64,000 nucleotides of DNA from an uncultured Candidatus Saccharibacteria bacterium. GTDB lineage: Bacteria; Patescibacteriota; Minisyncoccia; Phycocordibacterales; CAIZLB01. Location: the NCBI GenBank assembly GCA_964550955.1, contig CAZKAF010000001.1, positions 318,197-382,196 of the forward strand, written 5' to 3'. Numbering within the stretch: position 1 is the first letter of the stretch; each line of letters opens with the position of its first letter. The notes beneath the pieces are model-generated. The model had not been told where the DNA came from, did not search any database, and saw nothing but the letters and a program-made list of their open reading frames with translations. The position numbers and the translations under genes are program-made. This document shows, piece by piece, positions 56,770-64,000 of this stretch.

Positions 56770-58182
56770 ATGATCTACATCATTACCATCGGAGTGCTTG
56801 CACTCATCATCATGGCCTGCTTTGCCTACCGGGCAAAGTCACGGGAACTGGAAAACTTCGATGCTCGGCCTGAGGATAACACCTCCAGCCAAGCATCAGG
56901 CAACCCCGCTCCTCGACCAACTGACGCGCGGAACATTCCGGGCGCTCAAAGCCACCGGGTGCCCGCTCAAGGAACTGTCGGTCCGGAAGCAGAAGATCCC
57001 AGGCCTTCAAAATCGCCGAGCAAGGAAGAAAAGAAATTCGCGAAATTCAAAGAGGCTGAAAAATTGCCGAAGGACGAAACAGAAGATGAAGGCGACCTGC
57101 CTACCATCTCTCCGCTGACTCTCTCGGCGTTCGGGCTCATCGCGATGACCTTTTTATGGCTAATCGGCATCAAGCTGACCACAACTCAGTTTGATGCGAA
57201 ATTAGTTACGCTTGCCGGAGGAATCCTCGTAGTAACGTTGTGGTTCTTGTGCTGGAAATCTGAACCTGAAAAGAAAGATGATAAAAAAGGCGACAAGGAT
57301 AAGAAAGATGACAAGCCTGCCTCGGAAGTGCCGGATGGGCACGTAGCCATCCTCGAAATACTCGGGATACCAATCAAATGGTTTACCTTGTCCGAAGGAA
57401 GGCTCTGGCTGATTCCCTTCGTCATGGACGTAAAAATCAGGGACATTCGCGAGGAAAACATCAAGATACCCCTGACGCCGGAAGAGGCGGGATTCACCAT
57501 CAGCTCGTCTGATGGCATAGCATTGCGGGTGCACGTCAGTGCAACCGTGAAGGTTGATGGCAACAAGCTCTACCGGGCAATCTTCGGCATCAAGGCAGGA
57601 AGCGCAATTCAGTCCTTCAAGGACGAGTACGTGACCGCGATTCGAGAGCTCGCGCTCTTGTTCCCGGTTGCCGACCTCATCAATGCAGGTCATGAATCAA
57701 GAAAGATGCTGCTTGACGGGTTTTTCATGATAGAAAACGGAAAAGAGATTCCCTACCACGGAATTATCTACCGCTTATATGTGAGAGCCCGAGCGATGGC
57801 GCTTACGGTCATCGACAACTCCATATCGATCGTGAAGATTGATTTCGAAAGCCAGGCAATGCGGGACTACATGTCTCAAAATGCTCAGCGGAAGATGGAG
57901 GCAAGCGCAAATGAAACTCGCGCAGCCGCGGTTAACGCCAGGGCTCAGGAAATCAGGAATCTCAGCGAAGGCAACATGTCCTATGGGGACGCGCTCAGCG
58001 CAGCTCAGCAGGAATTCAACATCGTTACCAAGAGGGTCATCGCCTTCGAGGGCAAGCCTCCGTCAGGAGTCCTGATTAACATCGACGACAAGCCAGACCA
58101 GGGACAAAATCCCAAGCAGGACAACCAACCAGAAAAAGAGAAGAAGAAAGACGGAAAAGACAAGAAAAAAGATCAGAAGTAA
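56770..58182 (+). CDS. SPFH/band-7 (stomatin/HflKC-like) domain membrane protein with Lys/Asp-rich tails
   Basis: N-terminal TM, low-complexity Pro/Lys region, a second TM pair, then a band-7-like core (VAILEILGIPIKWFTLSEGRLWLIPFVMDVKIRDIREE...). KKDDKKGDKDKKDDKP and KEKKKDGKDKKKDQK repeats. Confidence 0.5.
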   Translation: MIYIITIGVLALIIMACFAYRAKSRELENFDARPEDNTSSQASGNPAPRPTDARNIPGAQSHRVPAQGTVGPEAEDPRPSKSPSKEEKKFAKFKEAEKLPKDETEDEGDLPTISPLTLSAFGLIAMTFLWLIGIKLTTTQFDAKLVTLAGGILVVTLWFLCWKSEPEKKDDKKGDKDKKDDKPASEVPDGHVAILEILGIPIKWFTLSEGRLWLIPFVMDVKIRDIREENIKIPLTPEEAGFTISSSDGIALRVHVSATVKVDGNKLYRAIFGIKAGSAIQSFKDEYVTAIRELALLFPVADLINAGHESRKMLLDGFFMIENGKEIPYHGIIYRLYVRARAMALTVIDNSISIVKIDFESQAMRDYMSQNAQRKMEASANETRAAAVNARAQEIRNLSEGNMSYGDALSAAQQEFNIVTKRVIAFEGKPPSGVLINIDDKPDQGQNPKQDNQPEKEKKKDGKDKKKDQK

Positions 58183-58209
58183 AACCGAAAGTCTAAACCG
58201 AACACCTGT

Positions 58210-58779
58210 ATGAAGAAAGCAAAAACAGCATTAGGATACGTGGCCGCGACATTGATAATCGGAGGAGTGCTCTACTTTGCATTTCCTCCCTTATTTCACT
58301 GGCTCTTCGACAAAGAAGTCAGCGTCGCTGCCGAGGAAATAGCTGACAAGGTCGACGACCTGGCCCGCAAGGCGCCAGGCGTCGCCAAGAAGGTTCTCCC
58401 TCCGGTCGAGACGGAAGTTTCGCTGAAAAAGGGCGAAAAATCCGACTGGTATGTCTCCGGATACACCTGCACTTTGCGGGTACCGGACTACGGCATCGTC
58501 AGGGTCAAGCACCTCGACGGGACCGTGACCGAATACCGGGACTACCTGGTCGTGAGCGAAAGCCGGTCCGCCTTCCAAAAGAAGGTGGACGACGAATGGA
58601 CCGAACATGAGTACGGTCCGGGCTGCTATGGCGACAACATGCTTGCCATGCAGTTCGAAGCTGCAGGCATCGGCACATCGACCTTCAAAGTGACCTACCC
58701 GGAAGGGACAGTCATCCAGAAGGAAGAGCCGGCAAGTCCGTCAGTGCCAGCCGCCGCCACGGCCAGTTCTTCAAAATAG
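58210..58779 (+). CDS. hypothetical membrane-anchored protein
   Basis: N-terminal TM (ALGYVAATLIIGGVLYFAF) and an extracytoplasmic domain with Cys residues. Followed by a terminator. Confidence 0.5.
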   Translation: MKKAKTALGYVAATLIIGGVLYFAFPPLFHWLFDKEVSVAAEEIADKVDDLARKAPGVAKKVLPPVETEVSLKKGEKSDWYVSGYTCTLRVPDYGIVRVKHLDGTVTEYRDYLVVSESRSAFQKKVDDEWTEHEYGPGCYGDNMLAMQFEAAGIGTSTFKVTYPEGTVIQKEEPASPSVPAAATASSSK

Positions 58780-58798
58780 ACTCTAAAAAGCGGAGTCT

Positions 58799-58815
58799 GT
58801 AGGTTCTAATCCTAC
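58799..58815. repeat. orphan tRNA T-arm-like fragment
   Basis: GTAGGTTCTAATCCTAC differs by one base from the tRNA-Lys T-arm GTAGGTTCGAATCCTAC. It is preceded by a 6-bp hairpin AGACTC..GAGTCT. There is no complete tRNA. Confidence 0.45.
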
Positions 58816-58821
58816 AACACG

Positions 58822-58868
58822 GGCATTGAGGCCTCGGTTAACCCCGATCTCAATGCCTGTTTTTTATT
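58822..58868 (+). terminator. rho-independent terminator
   Basis: GGCATTGAG...CTCAATGCC stem followed by TGTTTTTTATT. Confidence 0.6.
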
Positions 58869-59024
58869 GCAAGAATATCCGCAGGAAAATATTCGAACCC
58901 GGCGCCGGCGGCGCACGACTGTTCCATCTTTCTTCATGCTCACGAAACGCGAAAACAGCCCCTTTCGAGGCTGTTCTGCTTAGAATCAATCTTGCCGATT
59001 GGCCGTTTCCCCTTCAGGCCGATC

Positions 59025-59309
59025 CTACCGGCTGATGATTTCATTCACTCCGTTTTCCTGAGGATTCGCTCCGATGGTATTCATTATGACGTTCATGATG
59101 CCGAAGACGGAAATCATGATGAAGAGTCCTACCACGCCCGCTATCATGTGCCGGCTTCCCGTGGAGCGAGCGTCGTCGCTCCCGGATCCTTTCACATACT
59201 CGAACACTCCGTACACGAAAACAAGCACCGCGATGCCGAACAAAAGACTGATGATCGGGTTGATGATGACTTGATTTACCTTATGAATGAATTCGATGGC
59301 TGAGGACAT
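59025..59309 (-). CDS. two-helix small membrane protein, member 6 of the VirB2/TrbC-pilin-like array (no signal peptide)
   Basis: Two hydrophobic helices separated by the GSGSDDARSTGS loop; same topology as upstream paralogs. Confidence 0.55.
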   Translation of the reverse strand: MSSAIEFIHKVNQVIINPIISLLFGIAVLVFVYGVFEYVKGSGSDDARSTGSRHMIAGVVGLFIMISVFGIMNVIMNTIGANPQENGVNEIISR

Positions 59310-59338
59310 GGCAATGCGGAATCAGATTCTTTTTAGGA

Positions 59339-59713
59339 TTACTGCGAGATGAAATATCCTGCTGAAGTCGGAAGACCGGGCGCAGGCGGAGCCGTGTTGT
59401 CGAGGTTGACGCTTCTGACGAGGATGTTCACCAGGCCCCATACGGATACCATCACGAAGAGGGCCACGATGCCCCAGATGATGTATCCCTGCGCCTCCTT
59501 TCGAGCTTCCCCGTCTCCTCCGGCGATGACGAACTTGAAGATACCCCAAAGGAAGATCAATACCGTCAATGCGATGATGAACGGGATCAATCGGTTGATA
59601 AGATCGCTTGCCTGAGCCAAAAGCCCGAGAACCCCACCGATACTCTGGGCACCCGCAATTGCAGGAACGGCTGCAAGCGAGAGAACACCGAGTTTGAGCA
59701 ATGTCTTTTTCAT
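59339..59713 (-). CDS. signal peptide + two-helix small membrane protein, VirB2/TrbC-pilin-like (member 5)
   Basis: Signal peptide MKKTLLKLGVLSLAAVPAIAGAQS, helix 1 LIPFIIALTVLIFLWGIF, loop AGGDGEARKEA, helix 2 IIWGIVALFVMVSVWGLVNIL. Confidence 0.6.
   Translation of the reverse strand: MKKTLLKLGVLSLAAVPAIAGAQSIGGVLGLLAQASDLINRLIPFIIALTVLIFLWGIFKFVIAGGDGEARKEAQGYIIWGIVALFVMVSVWGLVNILVRSVNLDNTAPPAPGLPTSAGYFISQ
59426..59461. repeat. 36-nt identical segment shared by three pilin-like paralogs (copy 1)
   Basis: GTTCACCAGGCCCCATACGGATACCATCACGAAGAG also occurs at 59897-59932 and 60194-60229. It encodes the conserved FVMVSVWGLVN helix. Confidence 0.8.
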
Positions 59714-59806
59714 CTTTTAATTTAAGAATTATTATGTATTAAGCGACCCTTAACTGCTTAAAAGCCGATGATGAAATTATATCACACTTTGCATCGCGCC
59801 CATGCC

Positions 59807-60136
59807 CTATGAGATGCGGGCTGTGGATGTGACGGAAGCCTTTATGTCAGGAATGGCCGGAAGAGGAGGCATGGTGTTATCGAGCCTGAATGATGCCACG
59901 AGCAGGTTCACCAGGCCCCATACGGATACCATCACGAAGAGCGAGACGATGCCCCATGTCATGTACCCCCTGGCTTCCTTCCGCCCATCAGAATCCCCTG
60001 CCGCCGTCACGTACTTGAAGATGCCCCAGATGAAGACGAGCACGGTGAGCGAGATCACGAGCGGCGCCAATCGATTGATCAGATCGAATGCGAGCGCGAT
60101 TACCTTGAAAAGTCCGGTTCCTGATTGATTTAGCAT
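59807..60136 (-). CDS. two-helix small membrane protein, VirB2/TrbC-pilin-like (member 4; no signal peptide in this ORF)
   Basis: DLINRLAPLVISLTVLVFIWGIF..AAGDSDGRKEA..MTWGIVSLFVMVSVWGLVNLL. Start is 4 nt after the stop of member 3. Confidence 0.55.
   Translation of the reverse strand: MLNQSGTGLFKVIALAFDLINRLAPLVISLTVLVFIWGIFKYVTAAGDSDGRKEARGYMTWGIVSLFVMVSVWGLVNLLVASFRLDNTMPPLPAIPDIKASVTSTARIS
59897..59944. repeat. 36/48-nt paralog repeat (copy 2)
   Basis: 48 nt identical to 60194-60241. Confidence 0.8.
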
Positions 60137-60140
60137 GCTT

Positions 60141-60488
60141 TTATTTTAATTGAGGGATAATGAGGGCTCCGCCGAAGAACGTCGAGGTCAGGATGTTCAC
60201 CAGGCCCCATACGGATACCATCACGAAGAGCGAGACGATGCCATATGTGATGACAGAGATGGCCTCCTTTCGGGCATCCTCGCTGCCGCTTCGGACGAGC
60301 TGGAAGATTCCCCACATGAAGACAAGAAGCGTGAGCGCGACCACCAGCGGAATCAGCATCCGAATGAAGCTGAGTATCAGCTTGATGACGTCGCCGAAGT
60401 TCTGCACGTTCTGCGCAAAAGCCAGGGCCGGCAGAAGGACGGCAGCGAGCGCCAGGACGTGGGATGCGAATGAGATTGTTTTTTTCAT
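60141..60488 (-). CDS. signal peptide + two-helix small membrane protein, VirB2/TrbC-pilin-like (member 3)
   Basis: Signal peptide MKKTISFASHVLALAAVLLPALAFAQN, then LIPLVVALTLLVFMWGIF..SGSEDARKEA..ITYGIVSLFVMVSVWGLVNIL. Confidence 0.6.
   Translation of the reverse strand: MKKTISFASHVLALAAVLLPALAFAQNVQNFGDVIKLILSFIRMLIPLVVALTLLVFMWGIFQLVRSGSEDARKEAISVITYGIVSLFVMVSVWGLVNILTSTFFGGALIIPQLK
60194..60241. repeat. 36/48-nt paralog repeat (copy 3)
   Basis: See copies 1 and 2. Confidence 0.8.
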
Positions 60489-60508
60489 ATGTTTAAATTA
60501 TGACTCTG

Positions 60509-61024
60509 CTATGACCCAAGCTGGGTAATGGTTCCCTGTATGACTCGGGCAATGACCTGCGCGCCGAGGATGACAGCGGCCCCCACGGCTGTCCAGGTAA
60601 ACGTCTGAGTCGCTGCGGATATCTTCGCGCTGTCGCCGCGGGCCGTGACGTAGTTGAAACCGGCAAGGATGAAGAAGAATACGACGACGATGGAACCGAG
60701 TATGGTCACGATCCTGAGAAGGTCATTCAGGAGAGCGGCAAGGCTTGTCGCCTTTATCGGATTCGCGAACCGCAGATTCTGAGACGACGGCCTGTTCGCA
60801 CTCCCCAGGCCAGTCTGGCCTCCGGTACCAGGACTGCCCAAGTCCGTCTGGCCTCCCGTATTCTGACTTCCAAGCCCGGTCTGTTCAGCGAACGTTTGGC
60901 TCGGGCCGATGCTCAAGGACCCAAGAGACATCACGGCGACCAAAGCCAGCGTCAGACAGATATGTCCCAAGACCGTTTTTGAATGCTGATATGCGGACTG
61001 CGCTGTTTTTTTCATGATGTTCAA
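60509..61024 (-). CDS. signal peptide + Gly/Thr-rich repeat + two-helix membrane protein, same family (member 2)
   Basis: GGQTDLGSPGTGGQTGLGS repeats, then RIVTILGSIVVVFFFILAGFNYV..TARGDSAKISAA..TFTWTAVGAAVILGAQVI. Confidence 0.55.
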   Translation of the reverse strand: MNIMKKTAQSAYQHSKTVLGHICLTLALVAVMSLGSLSIGPSQTFAEQTGLGSQNTGGQTDLGSPGTGGQTGLGSANRPSSQNLRFANPIKATSLAALLNDLLRIVTILGSIVVVFFFILAGFNYVTARGDSAKISAATQTFTWTAVGAAVILGAQVIARVIQGTITQLGS

Positions 61025-61050
61025 TTTATAAATTAAGTATACCTTAAATC

Positions 61051-61467
61051 CTATTCTAATAAACTATAGCCGCTCAAAGCCGGGTTCAGCAGCAGCTTCA
61101 GCACTTCGCTGACAATCAGCCATGCGCCGAGCATGAAAAAGAGGCCGATGGCGACTTTCGTGAAGATGCCATGCGCCTTGGAAATCTGGCTGCTATTGCC
61201 CTGAGAAGTTATGTACAGCCAGCCGGCATACGTTATGGAAACGACCACGGCTATCGAAGCCAGGTAAAGCGCTATATGCAAAAAATTTTGACCGAGAAAG
61301 ACTATTTCATTCCATCCGCATCCGCCGGGATTCGTGAAGCACGCATTCGGAATAAGCGGCTGGCCGGGGCTCCAAGCCAGCGAGACGCTCGGAACGACTG
61401 AAAACAGCAGGAGCAGGGCTGGAACAAAACGGAGGGAGGGCCGAAGAAACTTCTGTAGATTTGACAT
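61051..61467 (-). CDS. signal peptide + two-helix membrane protein, same family (member 1; contains a CxxxxxxGGC motif)
   Basis: Signal peptide, IPNACFTNPGGCGW, then HIALYLASIAVVVSITYAGWLYI..SQGNSSQISKA..IFTKVAIGLFFMLGAWLIV. Confidence 0.5.
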   Translation of the reverse strand: MSNLQKFLRPSLRFVPALLLLFSVVPSVSLAWSPGQPLIPNACFTNPGGCGWNEIVFLGQNFLHIALYLASIAVVVSITYAGWLYITSQGNSSQISKAHGIFTKVAIGLFFMLGAWLIVSEVLKLLLNPALSGYSLLE

Positions 61468-61569
61468 GATTAGTGTTAAGTATATCAGTCTTTACGGCAG
61501 TTTCATCGAATTTTCATCAATACTTATCCACATAAATGCGCGCCGGAAATGAAGCCTTGATGCTCTCGC

Positions 61570-62862
61570 TTACCTGAGAAGACGCTCAAGCCTTTGCCGC
61601 GCCTCAGAAATGGAGTCGGTAATCTTCTTCCTGCCGGATGTCACCGATTCGATCATCTCGGCAAAGATCCTGTCCGTTTCGGCGCTGTTCGGATCGAACC
61701 AGGTCTGGCTCTGGATTGCTGCCCGGTTGAATACGGACATGTATGCGTTCGTCGCCGGCTGAGAGAGGATGTCAGTTCGAACTGCCGGAAGGCTCGTGAG
61801 GTCGCTCCACATCTGAATTGAATTCCTGTCGGTCAGCCTTGAGATGACGGCGATCGCGCCGGCCTGATTTCGGCTTTGCCTTACAATCGAAAACGCCGTC
61901 ATCTTGCCGTACGTGACGGGGATGCCTTCGGCGAACTGCGGCATGAGAGCCACGTCGAAGTTCAGGTTCGGATTCTTGTCCTGCAGGCGATTCAATTCGC
62001 TTGCGTATCCGAAGTACATGGCGAGATTTCCGGCCAAAAACGCATCTTCGGATGTCGGCAAGGACCTGTTCCATGTGTAGAGGGCCTTCGAAGGATTGGC
62101 GAATGACGTATAGTAATCCACGACCGATTCGGGAGACGAGACGGCGCGGGTTCCGTTTCCGTCAAGCGTCGAGAAAATGGCTCCGTTGTCCGCATTTCTT
62201 GAAGTGATGGGGTTTCCTGACTGGAAGAAGAGCGTGGCAAGGACGCCTTTCGCATTCGTGATGTTGGTATATTCTCCCATCGGGACCATGGCCCGAGTAA
62301 TGCTTGAGGCGTCGGTCCTGACAATGAGCGAAGGGCCGACAGTCGCAAGGTCCGCCCATGTCCTCGGAACCTGCGCCACGCCCGCGCCGGCAAAGATGTT
62401 CTTGTTCCAATACATGACGAGCGGATTCACGGAAAGCGGAACGCCGAGGATGCCGTCAGGCGCGACGAAGTGCCGGGCGCCATCTATGAACGTGCTCCTG
62501 AACGTCCTTTCGTCGAACATCGTGAACGGAATGGGCTGCAGCTTGTTCCTCTGCGCATACAGCATGTCGTCGGTGAGAAGCACGGCGTCCGGTCCGCGGC
62601 CTTCCGCCAGCGCGTTCACGAACTCATTTTCAAACGTTTCCGGAGCTTTCTGGACGTAATCGACTTCGATCACGTTGTCCGCGATGTTTATGTTTCGCAC
62701 CAGCTCGCTGATGACCTGCCCGGGCACGGTGCCCCAAATGGTAGCTTTCGGAATCGCGCCCCTGCTTGCCCCTCCGAAGCTCGCGAAGATGGCTATGCCG
62801 ACAACCGCCAGGAACATGAACCCCGCAAGCACCACTATTTGAAATACGCTGATATTTTTCAT
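61570..62862 (-). CDS. extracellular solute-binding-protein-like (SBP family 1 fold) secreted protein, co-oriented with the pilin-like array
   Basis: N-terminal signal anchor IVVLAGFMFLAVVGIAIFA. 430 aa with maltose/oligosaccharide-SBP-like composition (..WNKNIF..DLATVGP..). No permease or ATPase genes adjacent. Confidence 0.6.
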   Translation of the reverse strand: MKNISVFQIVVLAGFMFLAVVGIAIFASFGGASRGAIPKATIWGTVPGQVISELVRNINIADNVIEVDYVQKAPETFENEFVNALAEGRGPDAVLLTDDMLYAQRNKLQPIPFTMFDERTFRSTFIDGARHFVAPDGILGVPLSVNPLVMYWNKNIFAGAGVAQVPRTWADLATVGPSLIVRTDASSITRAMVPMGEYTNITNAKGVLATLFFQSGNPITSRNADNGAIFSTLDGNGTRAVSSPESVVDYYTSFANPSKALYTWNRSLPTSEDAFLAGNLAMYFGYASELNRLQDKNPNLNFDVALMPQFAEGIPVTYGKMTAFSIVRQSRNQAGAIAVISRLTDRNSIQMWSDLTSLPAVRTDILSQPATNAYMSVFNRAAIQSQTWFDPNSAETDRIFAEMIESVTSGRKKITDSISEARQRLERLLR

Positions 62863-62867
62863 GAATG

Positions 62868-63422
62868 TTAATTATCTGCTAAAGACGCCAGGTCCTGCAC
62901 GTACATCAGCCCGTAATGATGCGTCCCCGCATCGAGATATGATTCGAGCTTGAACCCGTTCGATTCGAACAGGCCTTTCGTCTCGTCGAGAGTCAGGACA
63001 TGGTCAGGATGAGGCCCTATCTGGGAAAACGAGTCGGCCCAATCGACAACGGCGACCTTGCCGTCATGCTTGAGGACCCTTTTCGCTTCCTTGATGATGA
63101 GTTCGGGCTTCTCGGACTGAAACAGCACGTTGCTTATGATGATCCGGTCCGCGGATGCGGACACCAGTCCCGAGCCCTTCTGAGCTTCGAGGTCGCCCTG
63201 GATGACCTCGACCTGCTCGTATCCTGCGCGAACGGCTTCGTTTTTAATTTTCCTGAGATAATCCGGATGCGCGTCGATCGCGAAGACCCTTCCGTACGGC
63301 CCGACTTTTTTCGCCAGCCTGAGCGCATAGAATCCTACTCCCGCACCGAAGTCGGCGACAGTCATGCCCTCGGCCACGAACATCTGACCGATAACTTTTT
63401 CAGGATCTGAGAACATGAGCAT
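62868..63422 (-). CDS. class I SAM-dependent methyltransferase
   Basis: Motif I VADFGAGVGFYALRLA and motif II RVFAIDAHPDY; 184 aa. Confidence 0.7.
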   Translation of the reverse strand: MLMFSDPEKVIGQMFVAEGMTVADFGAGVGFYALRLAKKVGPYGRVFAIDAHPDYLRKIKNEAVRAGYEQVEVIQGDLEAQKGSGLVSASADRIIISNVLFQSEKPELIIKEAKRVLKHDGKVAVVDWADSFSQIGPHPDHVLTLDETKGLFESNGFKLESYLDAGTHHYGLMYVQDLASLADN

Positions 63423-63475
63423 ATTCTAGCAATAAACCCCCTCAGCCGCTAGCAGAAAATTTTGCAAAACTTTTC

Positions 63476-64000
63476 TTACAGGCAGATAACGCTTGCCAAG
63501 CTGTCGCCTTCCCTCAGTTTCATCACGCGCACCCCTTGGGTGTCTCGTCCGAGAGTCGGGATTTCATCGAGACCGCATCTGATGACTTGCGACTTCTTGG
63601 AGATAGCAACGGCCTCTTCGAGCTCGCTCGTGACGATCTTTGCGGTAATAAGGTCTCCGGTCTTGTCCGTAACTTTCACCGTCTTGATGCCCGAACCGCC
63701 TCGTCCCTGTACCTTGTACTCCTTGAGCGGAGTCTTCTTTCCGTATCCGTTTGCGGAAACGACAAGTATGGCGCCCTCGTTTGAGCCCTTCTTCACCGTA
63801 TCAGCGCCGACGACGCTCACGCCCTTGTCGAGCTTCATCACGCGCACGCCTCCTGCGGCGCGGCCCATTTCCCTGACTTCATCCTGGTCAAACCTGATAG
63901 ACTGACCGTCCGAAGCGACAATCATGACGTTGTCGCCCTTCTCGACGAACGACGCGGAAACAAGCTCGTCGCCCGCATCCAGCCGGATGGCAATGATTCC
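63476..64000 (-). CDS. gyrA: DNA gyrase subunit A (or ParC), C-terminal beta-pinwheel domain; N-terminus beyond the window edge
   Basis: Repeated blades with RxxxGxxGVRVMKL..GD.LxSV (GRAAGGVRVMKLDKGVSVVGA; GRDTQGVRVMKLREGDSLASV). The reading frame stays open to the window end. Confidence 0.7.
   Translation of the reverse strand, partial: GIIAIRLDAGDELVSASFVEKGDNVMIVASDGQSIRFDQDEVREMGRAAGGVRVMKLDKGVSVVGADTVKKGSNEGAILVVSANGYGKKTPLKEYKVQGRGGSGIKTVKVTDKTGDLITAKIVTSELEEAVAISKKSQVIRCGLDEIPTLGRDTQGVRVMKLREGDSLASVICL

Noticed and set aside
59400-60250. Possible CRISPR array suggested by the 36-nt identical repeats
   Set aside because: The repeats are in frame within paralogous coding genes, spaced ~300-470 nt apart, and the spacers are homologous. 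This is a paralog duplication, not a CRISPR array.
1-64000. Searches for rRNA genes, RNase P RNA, SRP RNA and tmRNA
   Set aside because: No stretch with the conserved cores (for example the GGAAGGAAGCAGC-like SRP domain IV or the RNase P P4 helix) was recognised by eye. Absence cannot be proven without covariance-model searches.

Overview
This 64-kb window is GC-rich (roughly 55-60% by eye) with several AT-rich islets, and most genes are on the minus strand. Housekeeping content dominates:
- DNA repair and topology: uvrA, uvrB, a short uvrC, topA, a gyrA C-terminal fragment at the right edge, dprA and parB.
- Translation: serS, a short-form infB with rbfA, def, miaA, tgt, an rpmG that the ORF track missed, and eight tRNA genes (Ala, Leu-CAA, Trp, Tyr, Cys, Leu-TAA, Lys, Leu-TAG).
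- Cell envelope: ddl, a DacA-like D,D-carboxypeptidase, an LD-carboxypeptidase-like gene and an FtsQ-like gene.
- Others: clpB, an NifS-like cysteine desulfurase, gpmI, a purM-like gene, thyX, an MFS transporter, four NUDIX hydrolase paralogs and several methyltransferases.

The accessory content worth a second look is:
- At the left edge, an AT-rich recombinase-like partial CDS runs into the 3' end of tRNA-Ala.
- An IS1595-like transposase sits among the NUDIX genes.
- An AT-rich islet carries thyX, a divergent adenosylhomocysteinase-fold gene and a TrmB-like regulator.
- Three tRNA genes each have a 14-19 nt perfect direct repeat of their own 3' end 150-215 bp downstream, and an orphan tRNA T-arm-like fragment lies elsewhere.
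- A 16-17 nt intergenic motif, GAAkGTTTACTTAAGCC, occurs four times.
- Most striking, at 59.0-61.5 kb there is an operon-like tandem array of six paralogous small two-helix membrane proteins; four of the six carry a cleavable N-terminal signal peptide. Their topology matches VirB2/TrbC-type pilins, and no secretion ATPase is present in the window.

The reduced protein architectures (521-aa IF-2, 523-aa UvrC with a Gly/Ser tail) and the many small membrane proteins suggest a small-genome, possibly Patescibacteria/CPR-like bacterium. That is inference only. No rRNA genes or CRISPR arrays were seen.
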